A stretch of DNA of 64,000 nt from Vicugna vicugna (GCA_013265495.1 MU058540.1:2319696-2383695); one strand, 5' to 3'; counted from the stretch's first letter, positions 1 through 13,362 are shown. Numbers and translations: made by a program. Notes: generated from the sequence alone by a model not told the origin.

Positions 1-2980
1 CAAATGATTAGTGATGTCGAGCATCTTATGTGCTTCTTGGCCACTCCTATATCATCCTCCTATATCGTCCTTTCCTCACTTTTTGAGTCAGGTTGTTTGT
101 TTTTTGTTGCTGCATTTTGGGAAATCTCTATATATTTTAGATACTGATCCCTTATCATAGGTGATTTGCAAATATTTTCTCCTATTCTGTGAGTTGTCTT
201 TTTTCTCTGTTGATAGTGTCTTTTGATGCACAAAAGATTTTAATTTTCATGAAGTCCAATTTGTCTATTTTTTTGCCTGTTCCTTTGAAGTCATAGCCAA
301 GAAATTATTGCCAAATCCAATGCCATGAAGTTCTTGTCCTATGTTTTCTCCTAAGAGTTTTATAGTTTTAGGTCTTACATTTAGGTTTTGATCCATTTTG
401 AGTTAATTTTTGTATATGGTGTTAGATAAGAGTCCAACTTCATTCTTTTGCATGTGGATACCCAGTTTTCCTAGCACCATCTGTTGAAAAGATTGTCTTC
501 TTCTCATTGAATGGTCTTGGCATCCTTGTCATTTGACTATGTATGCAAGGATTCATTTCTGGATCTTCATTCCATTCTATTGGTCTATGTCTGTCTTTAT
601 GCCTATACCACACTGTTTTGATTACTGTGGATTTGTAGTAAGTTTTGAAATTAGTAAGTATGAGTCCTCTAACTTCATTCTTTTGCAAGATTGCTTTGGC
701 TATTCAGAGTTCCTTGAAATTCCATATGAATTTTAGGATGAGTTTTAATATTTCTGCAAAAAAAAATCATTGGGAATTTGACAGGGATTGAACTGAATCC
801 ATAGACTTCTTTGGGTAGTATTAACATCTTAACAATATTACGTTTTCCAGTCTATGAACATGGAAAGTATTTCCATTTATTTCCTTCTTTCATCAGTGTT
901 TTGTAGCTTTCGTCGTACAAGTCTTTCGCCTCCTTGGTTAATTATTAAGTATTTAATTCCTTTTGATGCTATTGTGAATGGAATTTTTTTCATAATTTCT
1001 TTTTCAGATTGTTCACTGTTAATGTATAGAAAAGCAACTGACTTGTGTGTTGACATTGTATCCTGCTACTTTCTGAATTTAATTCCAACAGTTTGTGTGT
1101 GTGTGTATCTGTGTGTGTGTAATCTTTAGGGTTTTCTACATACGAAATAATCATCTGCAAACAGGAATAATTTTACATCTTCCTTTCCTGTTTGGATGCC
1201 TTTTATTTTTTATTTATGCTTAATTGCTCTGGCCAGAATTTCCAGCACTATGTTAAATATAAGTGGTGAAAGTGGGCATCCTTGCTTTGTTCCTGACCTT
1301 AGAGGAAAAGTCTTTCAGGCTTTCACTATTGAATATGTTTGCTGTGGATTTTTCATATAGGAGTTTCATTTGTCGAGGCAGTTTCCTTATATTCCTAGTT
1401 TCTTGAGCATTTTTGTCATGAAAGGGTGTTGAATTTTGTCACATGGTTTTTATGCATCAGTTGAAATGATTGTTTTTCCATTCATTCTGTTAATGTGGTG
1501 TATTGCATTGATCTATTTTTGCATTCCAGGAATAAAACCCACTTATTTACGGTGTAAAATACTTCTAATATGCTGCTTAATTTGGTTTCCTGGTTATTTT
1601 TGAGGATTTCTGTGTCAGTGTTTGTGAGTTTTCTTTTGTTGTAGTATTTTTGCCTTGCTTTAGTATCACGGTAATGCTGGCCTCATAGAATAAGTTGGGA
1701 GGTGTTTCCTCTTCTTCAATTTTTGGGAAAAGTTTAAGAAGAATTGGTATTAGTCCTTCAAATGCTTGGTAGAATTCACCTGTGAAGCCATCACCTGAGG
1801 ACTTTTCTTTGTCAGGAGATATTTGATTATCGATTCAATCTCCTTACTAATTTTAGGTTTATTTAGATTTTCTGTTTCTTTATGATTTAGTCTTAATAGG
1901 GTTTGAGTTTCTAGGAACTTTTCCATTTCATCTAGGTTATCAAATTTGTTGCATATGGTTGCTTATAGGAGGAGGAGGAGGAGGTTTCTTATAGTATAAT
2001 CCTTTTTATTTCTCTTATAATCCTTCTTACTTCTGTAGAATTGGTAGTAATATCCTCACTTTCATTTCTGAGTTGGTCATCTCTCTTTTTGTCTCAATCC
2101 ATCTACTTAAAGGTCAGTTTTGTTGATCTTTTCAATGAACCAACTTTTATTGTCATTGATTTTCTCTGTTGTTTTTTTATTTTCTACTTTATTTATCTCT
2201 GCTCTAAATCTTTATTTCCTTCAGGTTAAGTTTGTTCTTTTTCTAGTTCCTTAGAGTTGTAAAGTTAGGTTGTTGATTTGAGATCTTTCTTGTTTTTTAA
2301 TGTAAATGTTTATGGCGATAAATTTACCCCTTAGCACGACTTTTGCTGGGTCCCATAGATTTTGGCATGCTTTGGTTTTGTTTTCATTCATCTCTTTGTA
2401 TTTCCTTATTTCTCTTGTCATTTCTTCTTTTATCCATTGGTCATTTAGTAAGAGTGTGTTGATTTCCATAGATTTGTGAATTTTTATTTCTGTTAATTTA
2501 TAACTTCATCCCATTGTGGTCAGAGAAGATATTTTGTATGATACCTGTCTTTTTAAATCTATTGAAAACTTGATCTGTGCCCTAACATGTGGTCCATCCT
2601 GGAAAATATTCCATGTGTACTTGAGACGAATGTGTGTGCTGTAGTTGAGTAGAGTATTCTATATATGTCTATTAGATCTAGCTGGTCTATCATGTTAGTT
2701 AAGTCCTATATTTCCTTACTTATCTTTTGGACGGTTGTTCTGTTCATTACTGAGAGTGGAGTACTGAAGCTGCCAACTAATAGAACTGTCTACTTCTCCC
2801 TTCAATTCTGTAAGTTTTGCTTCATATATTTTGATGGTCTATCATCAGGTGTGTAAATGTTTATAACTGTTACATCTTCTTGCTGCGTTGGACATTTTAC
2901 AATATATAGTAGCCTTCTTTGTCTCTTTTTAAATTTAAAGTTTATTTTGGCTATTATTGGTATATCCGTACCTATTCTCT
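1..2980 (-). mobile_element. Degenerate LINE-1 ORF2 fragment
   Basis: Minus-strand ORF remnants are L1 ORF2-like (NFKTYYKSTVIKTVWY; QNLWDPAKVVLRGKFIAIN), with many frameshifts. Confidence 0.92.
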
Positions 2981-2984
2981 CTTT

Positions 2985-4070
2985 TTTAAATTGAAGTATA
3001 GTTGATTTACAGTGTTAGATCAGGTGTACAATATAGTGATTCAATATTTTTTTACACATCATACTCCTTTTAAAGTTATAACAAAATAATTGCTAAATTT
3101 CCCTGTGCTGTACAATATATCTTTGTTGCTTATCTGTTTTATGCATAGTAGTTTGTATCTCTTAATACCATACCCCTACTTTGCCCTTCACTTCCCTCTC
3201 CTCACTGGTAACCATTAGTTTGTTCTCTCTCAGAGTCTATTTCTGTTGTGTTATATTCATTTGTTTGTTTTATTTTTAGATTTCAAATATAGGTGATAAC
3301 GTAGAGTATCTGTCATTCTCTGTCTAACTTATTTCACTAAGCATAGCATCCTCTAGATCCATTCATGTTGTTGCAAATAGCAAGATTTCATTTTTTATAG
3401 CTGAGTAATATTCCATTGTGTTTATATACCATATCTTCTTTATCCACTCATCTGTTGATGAACACTTAGGTTGCTTTTTTGTCTTGGCTATTGCAAATAA
3501 TGCTGCTACATTGGGGTGCATGTATCTTTTCAAATTAGTGTTTTCATTTTCTTCAGATATATTCCCAGGAGTGGAATTGCTGGATCACATGGTAGTTCTA
3601 CATTTAGGTTTTTGAGGAACCTACATACTGTTTTCCACAGTATCTGCACCAATTCACATTCCCACCAACAGTGTACTAGGTTTCCCTTTTTTCTACATCC
3701 TTGCCAACATTTGTTATTTGTGGTCTTTTTTATAATAGCCATTCTGACAGGTGTGAGGCCATATCTCATTGTTTTGATGTGCATTTCTCTGATGATTAGC
3801 TGTATTGAGCATCTTTTCATATACCTCTTGGATATCTGTGTATCTTCTTTGGAAAGATGTCTATTCAGGTCTTTTGCCCATTTTTTAATTGGGTTGTGTT
3901 TGTTTGCTTTTTTTTAATATATTGAGTTGTATGAACTGTGTATATATTTTGGATATTAACCCCTTATTGGTCATATCATTTGCAAATATTTTCCCATTTA
4001 GTAGACTATTTTTTTCATTTTGTTGATAGTTTCCTTTGCTGTGTGAAAGTTTTTTAGTTTGATATAGTTC
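2985..4070 (-). mobile_element. LINE-1 3' end (ORF2 C-terminus plus 3' UTR), second insertion
   Basis: ORF 3530..3820 resembles the L1 ORF2 cysteine-rich C-terminus ([12 protein letters not shown]...[10 protein letters not shown]). T-rich tail near 2982-2992. Confidence 0.9.
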
Positions 4071-5542
4071 CACACACATTCCCATTTCTCATCATTATTA
4101 TGAATTTGAATTTATTGCCCAAATCTATGTTAGTAAACCTTAAACATTTAATATGGTAACAACACAAACTTCTGTTTTCCTTCCCGCTGTTCTCTGTAAC
4201 ATTCAATTCTTTGTTATCAGTTTAGGTTAAAAGGGGATATGGGTGTGGAAGGGACTGACCTAAATTGTTCAATTTTTCTAATCCCTAGCAACCATGGATA
4301 AACACATAATAAAAAAAGTGCAATGCAATACCTAATTATATTTTTGAAATGTTTATTTCTCTATCTATACCCTTGAATCTTGTGATAAAGTACAAGCAAA
4401 GGCTGACTGTGTGGTTTTTAAGCCTTGATAACAGAAGCATATTGAGTAAATATAACAGTGGAGTTATAATCATAGATTTTGGAATTAAATAGAAATGGGT
4501 TCAAATAGTAGCTCTGCAACTGACCAGCTGAATGACCTTGGATAAGTAATTTAAGCTTGGTAAGCCTTACTGTCCTCGGTCATAAGAAGAAGTTAATATC
4601 TACCTTATAGTATTAACTGCGAGAAACAAATGAAATAAAATAATTATGTAAAGCATCAATCCCATTGTTGCTCTTGTTATTTTTTCCTGTGGACAGAGAC
4701 CAAGTCTTATTTACCATTCTATTCCCTGGTACCTAGGTTGTCTGCTTACACTTTCAAAAAAATTGAACAGAATTTCAAGTGTATTTTGCCATCATCAGAT
4801 TTCACTGAGAACTGGTAGGATATGAGATTAATTCAATCTGGTTGCATCAAAGCAGCCTCTGTTTTGTGAGGGCTATCCAATACCATTGACTCTTCGCAGT
4901 ATTTTCTATTGAACAGTGTGAGAAAATGAACAATGCTCTTCAAAAGCATGCTCATGAATCAAGAAACTTCAGTATATTGCCTGTCTTAGCTAACATGATT
5001 CATCCGGTCAAGGTTAAAGAAATTATAATTCCCTAACAGAAGCAACAGTGATGCCACATAGTCACTGGTAGGAATCATAATACAAATTAATTACAAGTCC
5101 TTTAGAACTCCATATGCCAGACTACTTGAAGAAAGCTTTTTACTTGGAGTAAGAAAATAATGTTGCTCAAGGATACCAATTCAGTCTAAGTAGTTGAAAA
5201 CAGAAGGAATGCTCATCTCTTGATCATTGAACCCCAGGAGAGAGGCTAGGAAAACAGAGATCTCTTGCCCCATCAGACAGAAGTTAATCAAACAGGTATG
5301 GAGGTGGAGAAGGTCCATAATGTGCATGAAAAAAAATTCATGAGTCTCTCTGGTATTCAGTGCATCCAACAGTTTACCTGGGTAAGGAGACCAGTTCAAT
5401 CATGGGAAAAGAGTCAGAGGCTGACCAAAGAAGAAACAAGGGGTTGTCCTAGGCTTTGTCCTTCAGAACCTCTGTGTTCTAAAATGAATTTGAGCCCATG
5501 ACCCAAATTTGGCTGTGGCTAGAGACTGTTAGTAGACAATAT

Positions 5543-5880
5543 CGTTAAAAAATTAATAAACAGAAACTAATTAAGTAGACTCAGGAGACCAGGATGGGGA
5601 GCTCTCACGCCCTGTGACCTTTGCAGAGCCCAACAGGAAGAAGAAAGACTCCTTTTCTGGCAAAGGACTCAGCCAATGAAAAGCTATGGACTCTTTGTTT
5701 ATTATATCCCCCCTTCCTCCAATTTCCTGTTCCCCTCTATAAAAACTCCTTTTCTTGCTGTGGGAGGACTTGCATGTGGTTCATCATGATTGCAGACCCC
5801 AAATTGCAATTGTCTGCTGATCCCAAATAAACCCACTTTTGCTGGAAAAATAACCGGCAGTCTATTTGTTTTGGTCAACA
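5543..5880 (+). mobile_element. Solo ERV LTR (ERV1-like)
   Basis: (C/T)GTT...AACA termini, ATAT target duplication (5539-5542 / 5881-5884), CCAAT at 5673, TATAAAA at 5738, AATAAA at 5826. Confidence 0.8.
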
Positions 5881-5961
5881 ATATCAATCAGGCTGTGACA
5901 TCAGAGGCTAAGAGAAAGTAACAAAAAGGGAAAAGTAGTCTTGAAAAGTGGAATTACCAAC

Positions 5962-6044
5962 CTATAAGGAATCATATCAATGAGCATCTTGCTGTTTTCT
6001 GTGGCCATGTTTATCTTGCTTGCAAATGCAGTGAAGCCAAGGAT
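5962..6044 (-). CDS. SLC26A8: SLC26A8 exon 8, ILGFTAFASKINMATENSKMLIDMIPY(S)
   Basis: cctacag| acceptor, AG|gttggt donor, 83 nt. Resembles human IIGFTVIANKISMATETSQTLIDMIPYS. Translated by hand. Confidence 0.95.
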
Positions 6045-7615
6045 CTGTAGGGGTTTAAAAAGAAAAGGCACGTGATCATCTAAATATTATGTGTTGCTTC
6101 CAAGAGCAGAGGTGCCCATAGCCTCTAGCAGGACAGGAAATGGAATATGTGATAGTCCTTATGCCTGAAGCCTGGAGAAAGAGGCAGGGCCAGCTCAGTG
6201 CAGCAAGAAAGGTAGAAGTCCTCTTTTGGTTCCCTAAGCTCTTTTTAGCATTGTAACCAGAGTGAAAAGCAACTTCAGACTTGCTCTCTGACATAGTAAT
6301 ACGAACAAATGGATGCCCTGGACTTTTCTTTCCTCACCAACTTTAAACATCTGGACCAAATATAAACATGTTTTCGGATAATAGCTATGCCGAGGCCTCA
6401 GTTTTAAAAGTTTTAAAATCTAGGTACACTGTCCCAATATAAATAAGCCTTTCAGGGGATTGTTGAGGTATAACCTTAATAAGATGGAACAGCATTTGAT
6501 AGCACACACAAAAAAAGGTCTTAGCAAAGCAATTACTTGCTTTTATTTTCCCGCCTTTCATTTCCTTCTAAAATGAAATCTCTTCTTCCATTTCAACTAG
6601 AGGGAAAATAGACAACCTAGCAGCTTATAAAGACCTCACACCAAAGCAAATTAAACAGAGATAAGAGAACTCAATGCCCAGGTTTTAAAATAATAATTAT
6701 ATAGTTGCTATATCCCATTCTCCCTACTGACATGTAAGTCGTTTCCCAGCATGTGCTCTAAGAGTTGAGCCAGACACTGAGCAGGACAGCAGTTCATTTA
6801 CCTGTGATGCTGTGATCAGATGAAGACCCCTGGGAAGCCTACAGATCAGAATGGAAGGAAGATCTGGATGAACAGAGAAGAGTTGTGATCTTTGTATAGC
6901 TAAGGGACAAAAAGTGTGGCAAGTGGCCAAGCAACTCTTACTTCCAGTATAAGGGCAATGCTTGCTCATAAAGGAAAATAAATGAAATATGAAAAATTAA
7001 AAAGCAAAAATGAATCACCTAAAGACAACTACTGTTGACACTTTTTAGGTGTTTGCTCTACAGCTTAAATATACACATATACAAATACACATACACACAC
7101 ATACACTGTGAACATACAATATGTAAAAAAGTTCTTGTATCTGTCGAACTTGAATTATTTGTCAGTTTATTTTACCTGGTTCCCAGATATTGCCTTGAAA
7201 ACTTCCCTTAATGTTTGAGACTACCACTAAAGGACAGACTGGTAGTTGTGTGCAGTTCCCTCAAGCACATGTTAGCAGTAGCTTTCAGGGGCTGCTGTGA
7301 GAAGCTTTTTGCTTCCTACACCATAACAGCTCTCATTCTCCCTCTACCACTTTCTTCTCTGCCAGGGCAAACATGGAGGTCTTTTCCAGGTCTAAACTAC
7401 ACCTCTAACCCCTGCTACATCGCAGAAAGGGTTCCGAATCACTCGACTTGACATGGGTATAAGCAATGTATTTCAGGCTTCAACAACCCTTGAGAATAAA
7501 TTACATCACAAGAAAGTTTAATGCCTAATTTGTAATAATTCTAAGTCTCCATCTACTTTCATTGCTGGACCTCAGTTTCCTCCCCAACTTCACTCCATGA
7601 TGTATCTTAATTATT

Positions 7616-7791
7616 ATTATTTATTATTACTATTACCATTATTACTATTATTATCATTAGCTCTCTTTATAGATTCTGGTTCTAGGAACAGCTTGCCTGC
7701 GGCTGGCCGGCCAGGGCCAGCACGCTGACAGGGCAGGTGGGAGTGGACTATTTACAGGCCAGTCGCGAGGGCTGTACCATGGCTGCTCCAG
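7616..7791 (-). pseudogene. 5'-truncated retrocopy, probably an mRNA 3' UTR fragment of unknown parent
   Basis: 15-bp direct repeat TG(T/C)ATCTTAATTATT at 7601-7615 and 7792-7806, GC-rich body, decayed (AAT)n tail. Confidence 0.6.
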
Positions 7792-8002
7792 TGCATCTTA
7801 ATTATTTATAGCATTCTCAAAGGAATGTCTTAACTGTGGCTCACAGACCAATCAGTCAGCCATAAGTCAACCCACAGCATCCTCTGAACTCTTACTCCTC
7901 TCCTTTCCGAGCAACCCTTGGTTAATTTTCATTACCTTTGAGGTTGCTTAAAGGAACATCACTATGATCCCTGCTGCTGGTAGCTCTTAAGAGAGGGTTG
8001 GT

Positions 8003-8505
8003 TTATGACAACACGGTTGGACCTTGAGGGCATTGTGCTACGTGAAATAAGCCACACAAAGAAAGACAAATACTGCATAGTATCACTTGTACATGGAATC
8101 TAAAAAAATTTAAAACAACACCCCCCCCCAAAACAGTCACACTTACAGAAACAGAGAGTAGAAAAGTGGTTGCCAGGGACTGGGAGATGGGGGAATTGAG
8201 AAAAATTGGTAAAACAGTGCAAACTTCCAGCTATAAGATGAATACAGTCTGAGGATCTACTGTAAAACATGGTGATCATAGTTGATAACATTGTATTATA
8301 TAATTGAAATTTGCCAAGAGAGCACAATTTAAATATTCCTACTGGGAAAAAAAAAGAAAGAGAGGTAAATAAGAGGTGATGGATGTGTTAGTTAACCAGA
8401 TGGGGGAAATCCTTTCACAATTATACATATATCAAATCATCACAGTGTACGTTTTAAATAGTTTACAATTTTATATGTTAATTTTACCTGAATTAAGCTA
8501 AAATC
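8003..8505 (+). mobile_element. LINE-1 3' UTR (L1MA-type)
   Basis: Typical L1 3' motifs (ggaccttgagggcatt...gaaataagcc...aagacaaatactgc; aatcatcac..tgtac..tttaaata). Confidence 0.85.
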
Positions 8506-8889
8506 AAAGACAGACAGGGACAGAGACAGCGTGCTGATACCTGAGTGCGCTGATGCCACCTGCTGGTGACTCTAGAGCCTCAGCTTCCTAGGACTCCAGA
8601 GCTGGACTGGGGTCCACAAGAAGAGGGTGCCTCTGACTCCACTCCCCAAACTCCATATACACATTGTCCCTGGGCTCTACGGCTCCACTATTTGTGTATA
8701 GTGTTTTGGAAAGTCTTTCGTAAAAGCAGCCTTTCACCTTCTGGCCTTTATGAATTGATAGCTTTTTGAACTACTCCAGGGAAGAAAGGATATGCACCTC
8801 CACAAGAAGTAGACAATAGTTAGGAGACAGAGCTTGCTCTCAGTTTTCAGAGCAATGCCCATACCCTTTCAATCATGAGGAGTATGGAT

Positions 8890-9237
8890 CTGGATTAGTC
8901 AGCATAGGATGGGTTATGCTGTGGCAACATACAAACCATGAGATCTTAGTGTCCTAACATATGAAAGTTTTTTTTTTCCCCACACAAAGTCCACTATGGG
9001 TCAGTGTCTCTTCAGGGCAGCTTTTTTGCAAACAGTGCCTTGGGGATGCAGGCTAATTCTACCTAGAGACTCTGTCATCTCAACACACAGCCCCTGTAAT
9101 TATTACAGCAGGGGAAGAAAGAACTCAAATCTGTTCTCCTATGCTTTGGCCACCAATTCACATGGTCCTGCCTAACTATAAGGCCAGCTGGGAAATAACA
9201 GGGGAGCACATGGTGAGCTTTAAGTATCTCTGCCACA
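8890..9237. mobile_element. Old MaLR LTR (MLT1-type)
   Basis: 'ttagtcagcatagg..ggttatgctg..gcaaca' start and 'tctgccaca' end recall MLT1 consensus sequences. Confidence 0.55.
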
Positions 9238-10127
9238 GAACACTTCTGAAAGGGAAAATAATTCTCATGGACACGCAAAGATTCAGTGATCCTGATAAGA
9301 GAAATGCTGACTTTAAAAACCTGAGCTTTGTTTATGAAAATGTCTATATTATTGTAAAACTGTTAACTATAACTACAAAAGATATATTTTTATCAGATTT
9401 CTTAAAAGAAACAAGAAATGTTATCATTAGACAGCATTTAAAAAATATTCTCAAAAAGGAAAAAACAATCATACTTATTTAGTTAAACATTTCCACTGAT
9501 CTAAAGAAAAATATGTCAAAAGAAAACTTAGGACATATACATAAGCACGCACCTTCCCCACCCTGCCTCAAACCCAGCTCTGCCCCTTAGTGACGTGGAT
9601 TAGGTAATTTGTTTAACATCTCGTCCCTCAATTTCTTTACTGTAGCACAGTCAGGATGAAAGGAGACTGAATAACAGTATGGTTGCAGCTATATTAAAAT
9701 AGAAATGAAACTTCTACATGGAAAAACACAGAAATTCACCAACACTGAGCATAGGCCTGTCATATGCTTGTTTGAAAGAAGCAAAGTGCAAATAACTGAA
9801 AATACAAAAATATCAACCATAGTTGACTTTGGATGGTGCAGCTATAGGAATTTCTTTTCCTCCTTTTTGTTCTTCCTTATGTTTCCCAGAATTGCTAGAA
9901 TGAGCCTGTATTGCTTTTATGAGGGGAAAAAACACCTATTTTTTGAATAGCATGAAAAAGAAGCAATAGATAAAAGCACTTTGAAAAATAAGTATGTTTT
10001 GCAAATAAAAGCTAGCATGTGAAACTATATGCATTGTATTCAGCTTTGTCACAATTCAATATGTATTTTAAAAATACTATTATTTCTACAATTCTCCCAT
10101 GAAACTTTCCCGTCTTAGGTTACATCC

Positions 10128-10133
10128 CATTTT

Positions 10134-10168
<35 letters not shown>

Positions 10169-10203
10169 TTCATTCATTCATTCATTCATTCATTCATTCA
10201 TTT
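10128..10203. repeat. Compound (TTTA)n(TTCA)n microsatellite
   Basis: Directly visible. Confidence 0.95.
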
Positions 10204-10261
10204 TAAAAGGTGGGTATTTAAAATGATTTGAACCATGACTTTGTAACATCAAAACACCTAC

Positions 10262-10411
10262 CAGAAAAACTTCCATAGGAAACTCGATGGGGTACTGATT
10301 GACAGAAATTCTGATACATCGGTTGATTCTCAGAGCAACAACAGCAGTTAGAAATAGTAGGATGCTGGTGGAATTAGCTTTTGGGAGACCTATGCAGTAG
10401 TTAATAATGTT
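10262..10411 (-). CDS. SLC26A8: SLC26A8 exon 7, NIINYCIGLPKANSTSILLFLTAVVALRINRCIRISVNQYPIEFPMEVFL
   Basis: ttcag| acceptor, CTG|gtaggt donor, 150 nt, phase 0/0. Confidence 0.97.
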
Positions 10412-11110
10412 CTGAAAGAAAACAAAATTACAGAGACTTAGAAAGGGACGTAATAATTGCCTAAATCTAGAAAATGACACTCTAAATTAGTTCAAAAGGA
10501 AGTAAGCCCCAAGGCAGTGCTCCTAGGCACAGAGGTCTTTAGGAGCAGTACTAGAACATGAGAGCAATAGTGAGGTGTATATAGATTTTTCTTTAAGTTG
10601 AAAAAGATATTTTGAAAGACAATAATGTCCAATAAGAAGATAATACACGTTGTATGTTTCAGTGTAATGGAAAGGACCCAGGAGTTCTGTTTATTAGCTT
10701 ACTGTTTATCAATTTTCCCCGACCATGTATGTTTAGCTTGGCTCCTACACCATTCTTGCATTCAGGGACTACTCTGCATTTTATATTATTTAGATGTTTT
10801 AGGATACATGTCTGTTATGAGGCATGTAATAGGAAGAATTATGATAGATACAGTATCTTAAAGACAAAATTTTAATGTAAATCATGTTAGTTTAAAAGGC
10901 TGGGTGAAGTGGCTAATGTAACTGAGAACATGGAACAACTGGCACCTGCAATTAACCAAGACTATACATTTAGACGAGATGAAATTATTTCTAGGACCCT
11001 CTTGACTGACCCAGCTGCCTATGCAGAAGTCTCTCCACTGGAGTCCACTTCTTCTTGGAGGTAAGGGGAGGGGGCAATTGTAACTCTGGGTGAGGGTAGA
11101 AATTACTCAC

Positions 11111-11275
11111 ATAGACAAAGGAGACGGGACCAGAATTGAAACTAATCATAATCCCGAAGATGCAAGTCAACTGAGACAGCATAATGTGTAGCGCCGTGGC
11201 AGCCAGGTAAGCACTGATTACAGCCTCCGGAAGGTAAGTGACAATGAAGCCAAAACCTAACATGCCCATTGATAG
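11111..11275 (-). CDS. SLC26A8: SLC26A8 exon 6, LSMGMLGFGFIVTYLPEAVISAYLAATALHIMLSQLTCIFGIMISFNSGPVSFVY
   Basis: ccctacag| acceptor, TAT|gtgagt donor, 165 nt, phase 0/0. Confidence 0.97.
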
Positions 11276-12860
11276 CTGTAGGGGGTTCAGATGGAAAAGA
11301 AAACCAGAGTGAGGAGGACTGTCATCAAACCAGCAATGGCACCAATTTGGCAATCTCCTGAGGGGTTCCAACAAAAAAAGTTAGGTTAGGCCCCTTTGAT
11401 AATTCTTCTGTTATTCAACTGAAATTGATGAGATAAAGTAGGTCCTTGGTGTTGATTCAGAGACCCCCTACAGGCGTAAGACTACAATTCTTTCTTTCTT
11501 CACAAGTACATAAGCTTAAGTCCTTGCCCTAGAATCTTCTGACTTTGTTGATGTGGGGTTAACAATGACAAAGTGATCAGAACAAGACTCTGCCTTTTTA
11601 AAGGCCCTTTCATTAGAAGCTTTGATAGCTCTCTTCAGGAAATGTTAACATCCCTGTGAGGAATGCAGTTTTTCACAAAGGAAAAAATCAAAACAACATG
11701 GGTTCCAGCTTAAACTTTTTGGCTTTTGACTCTTATCTTTATGAAGAAAGATTAAACTGAATTTATGTCTTCAGGATTAAATACATGTAAAACATAGTAT
11801 TTTGCATGCATATCCACATATATAACATATAAATATATATTTTAAACGTTACATAATAAACAAAAGATCTAAGAGGATAGATGCTAAACTATTAACAGAA
11901 GTTACCTTTGGGGAATGGGATTAAAGGTTGAGGTCACTATTTTATAATTCATACACTTTCTTATTATTTGAGATTTTTGCAATATACATGTTTATCTTTT
12001 ATAATGAAAAACAATTAGAAGATTATGGATAGAGGGGGAACCCCAATCCTCTTAAGAGGGTAGGTTAACAAAAATGACACAACCCACTGAAGAAGACAGG
12101 GAAAGAAAAACAAAAGTCTTGTCACCACCTCATCTTCTACTGCAGTAGACACTCTTAGAAAAATAAACTTGGAAGAATAAATCTGTTAGCTTTTAAAAGC
12201 TTTTTGTTTCAAAGCTTTCAGTTAACTGGACATGGTGTCTCCTTTCATCCTCTATCATTACTGCCCAATATGCTTCTTTATTCTAGTCAGGCCACTCTGC
12301 TTCCTGTCTTTTCTGTGACTGGCTGATGTCTAGTCCTGTGCTCAAGTACAAACGCATTTTTTGGTTTTTTTTAATCTCTGCCAATCCATGTTTGTCATCT
12401 CTTTCAAGAGCTCAATAAAACTTCCCTCCTTCAGTAGGTGTGGTGAAAAGAGCATGATTCCTGGGGATGGAGAACTTGATTTCAGTGCTGGCTCTGCCAT
12501 TCACTTGCTGTGTGAGTTTGAACAAGGTTACTAAACTCTCTGAACTTGTTTTCTCACCTATAAAATGAATAATACTCAACCTGCAGTGTTTCGTATGGAT
12601 TACATTACATAATACATGTAAAACACTTAGCTCAAATCCAAAAATAGTGACAGATGCAAATACATATCATTCATCCTTCACGCCACCCCTTCCTTCCACC
12701 TTGTAAATGGCAGATACATATAATTAACCACAGAACTCTTTCTTATCCAGCTGTGATGTGGCATCAGAATCTGTGTTAACATAATTTTCTAGGCATCAAT
12801 TGTCAATCAGAATTGGTCTGTGACATGAAACCTATCTGTCAACCTTATTGAAAGCAAGAA

Positions 12861-13362
12861 CAGATGGTCCCCAAATTATGATGGTTCAATGAAAATTATG
12901 ATTTTTCAACTTTACAATAGTGCAAAAGCAATATGCACTCAGTAGAAACCATACTTTGAATTTTTATTTTTTTCTTGGGCTAGCCATATGCAGTACGATG
13001 CTCTTTTCCGATGCTGGGCAGCAGCAGTGAGCCATAGCACCCAGTCAGCCGCATGATCACGAGGATAAACAACTAATACACTTGTAACTATTCTGTGTTT
13101 CATTTTGAAGACAGTATTTAATAAATTACATGAGATATTCAACCCTTTGTTATAAAATAGGCTTTGTGTTAGATGATTTTGTCCAACTATAGGCTAAGGT
13201 AAGTGTTCTGAGCACATTTAAAGTAGGCCAGGCTAAGCTATGATGATTGGTAGGTTAGGTGTATTAAATCTATTTTTGACTTCAACTTATCATGGGTTTA
13301 ATCAGGATGTAACCCAATCATAAGTCGAGGAAGTGAGGAAGTGAGGAGGTGAGGAAGTTCTG
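12861..13362. mobile_element. Tigger-family non-autonomous DNA transposon (MER47-like)
   Basis: Termini cagatggtcccc...taagtcgagg...tctg followed by TA. Interior matches my recollection of MER47/Tigger5. Confidence 0.75.

Noticed and set aside
440..4085. ORFs of 60-133 aa as possible genes
   Set aside because: They are frameshifted L1 ORF2 remnants or their antisense.
4080..5540. SLC26A8 exon 9
   Set aside because: I found no sequence encoding the expected FLLPVTPD...NYSVNSNQ-like segment. It probably lies beyond position 1, so this is not evidence of exon loss.
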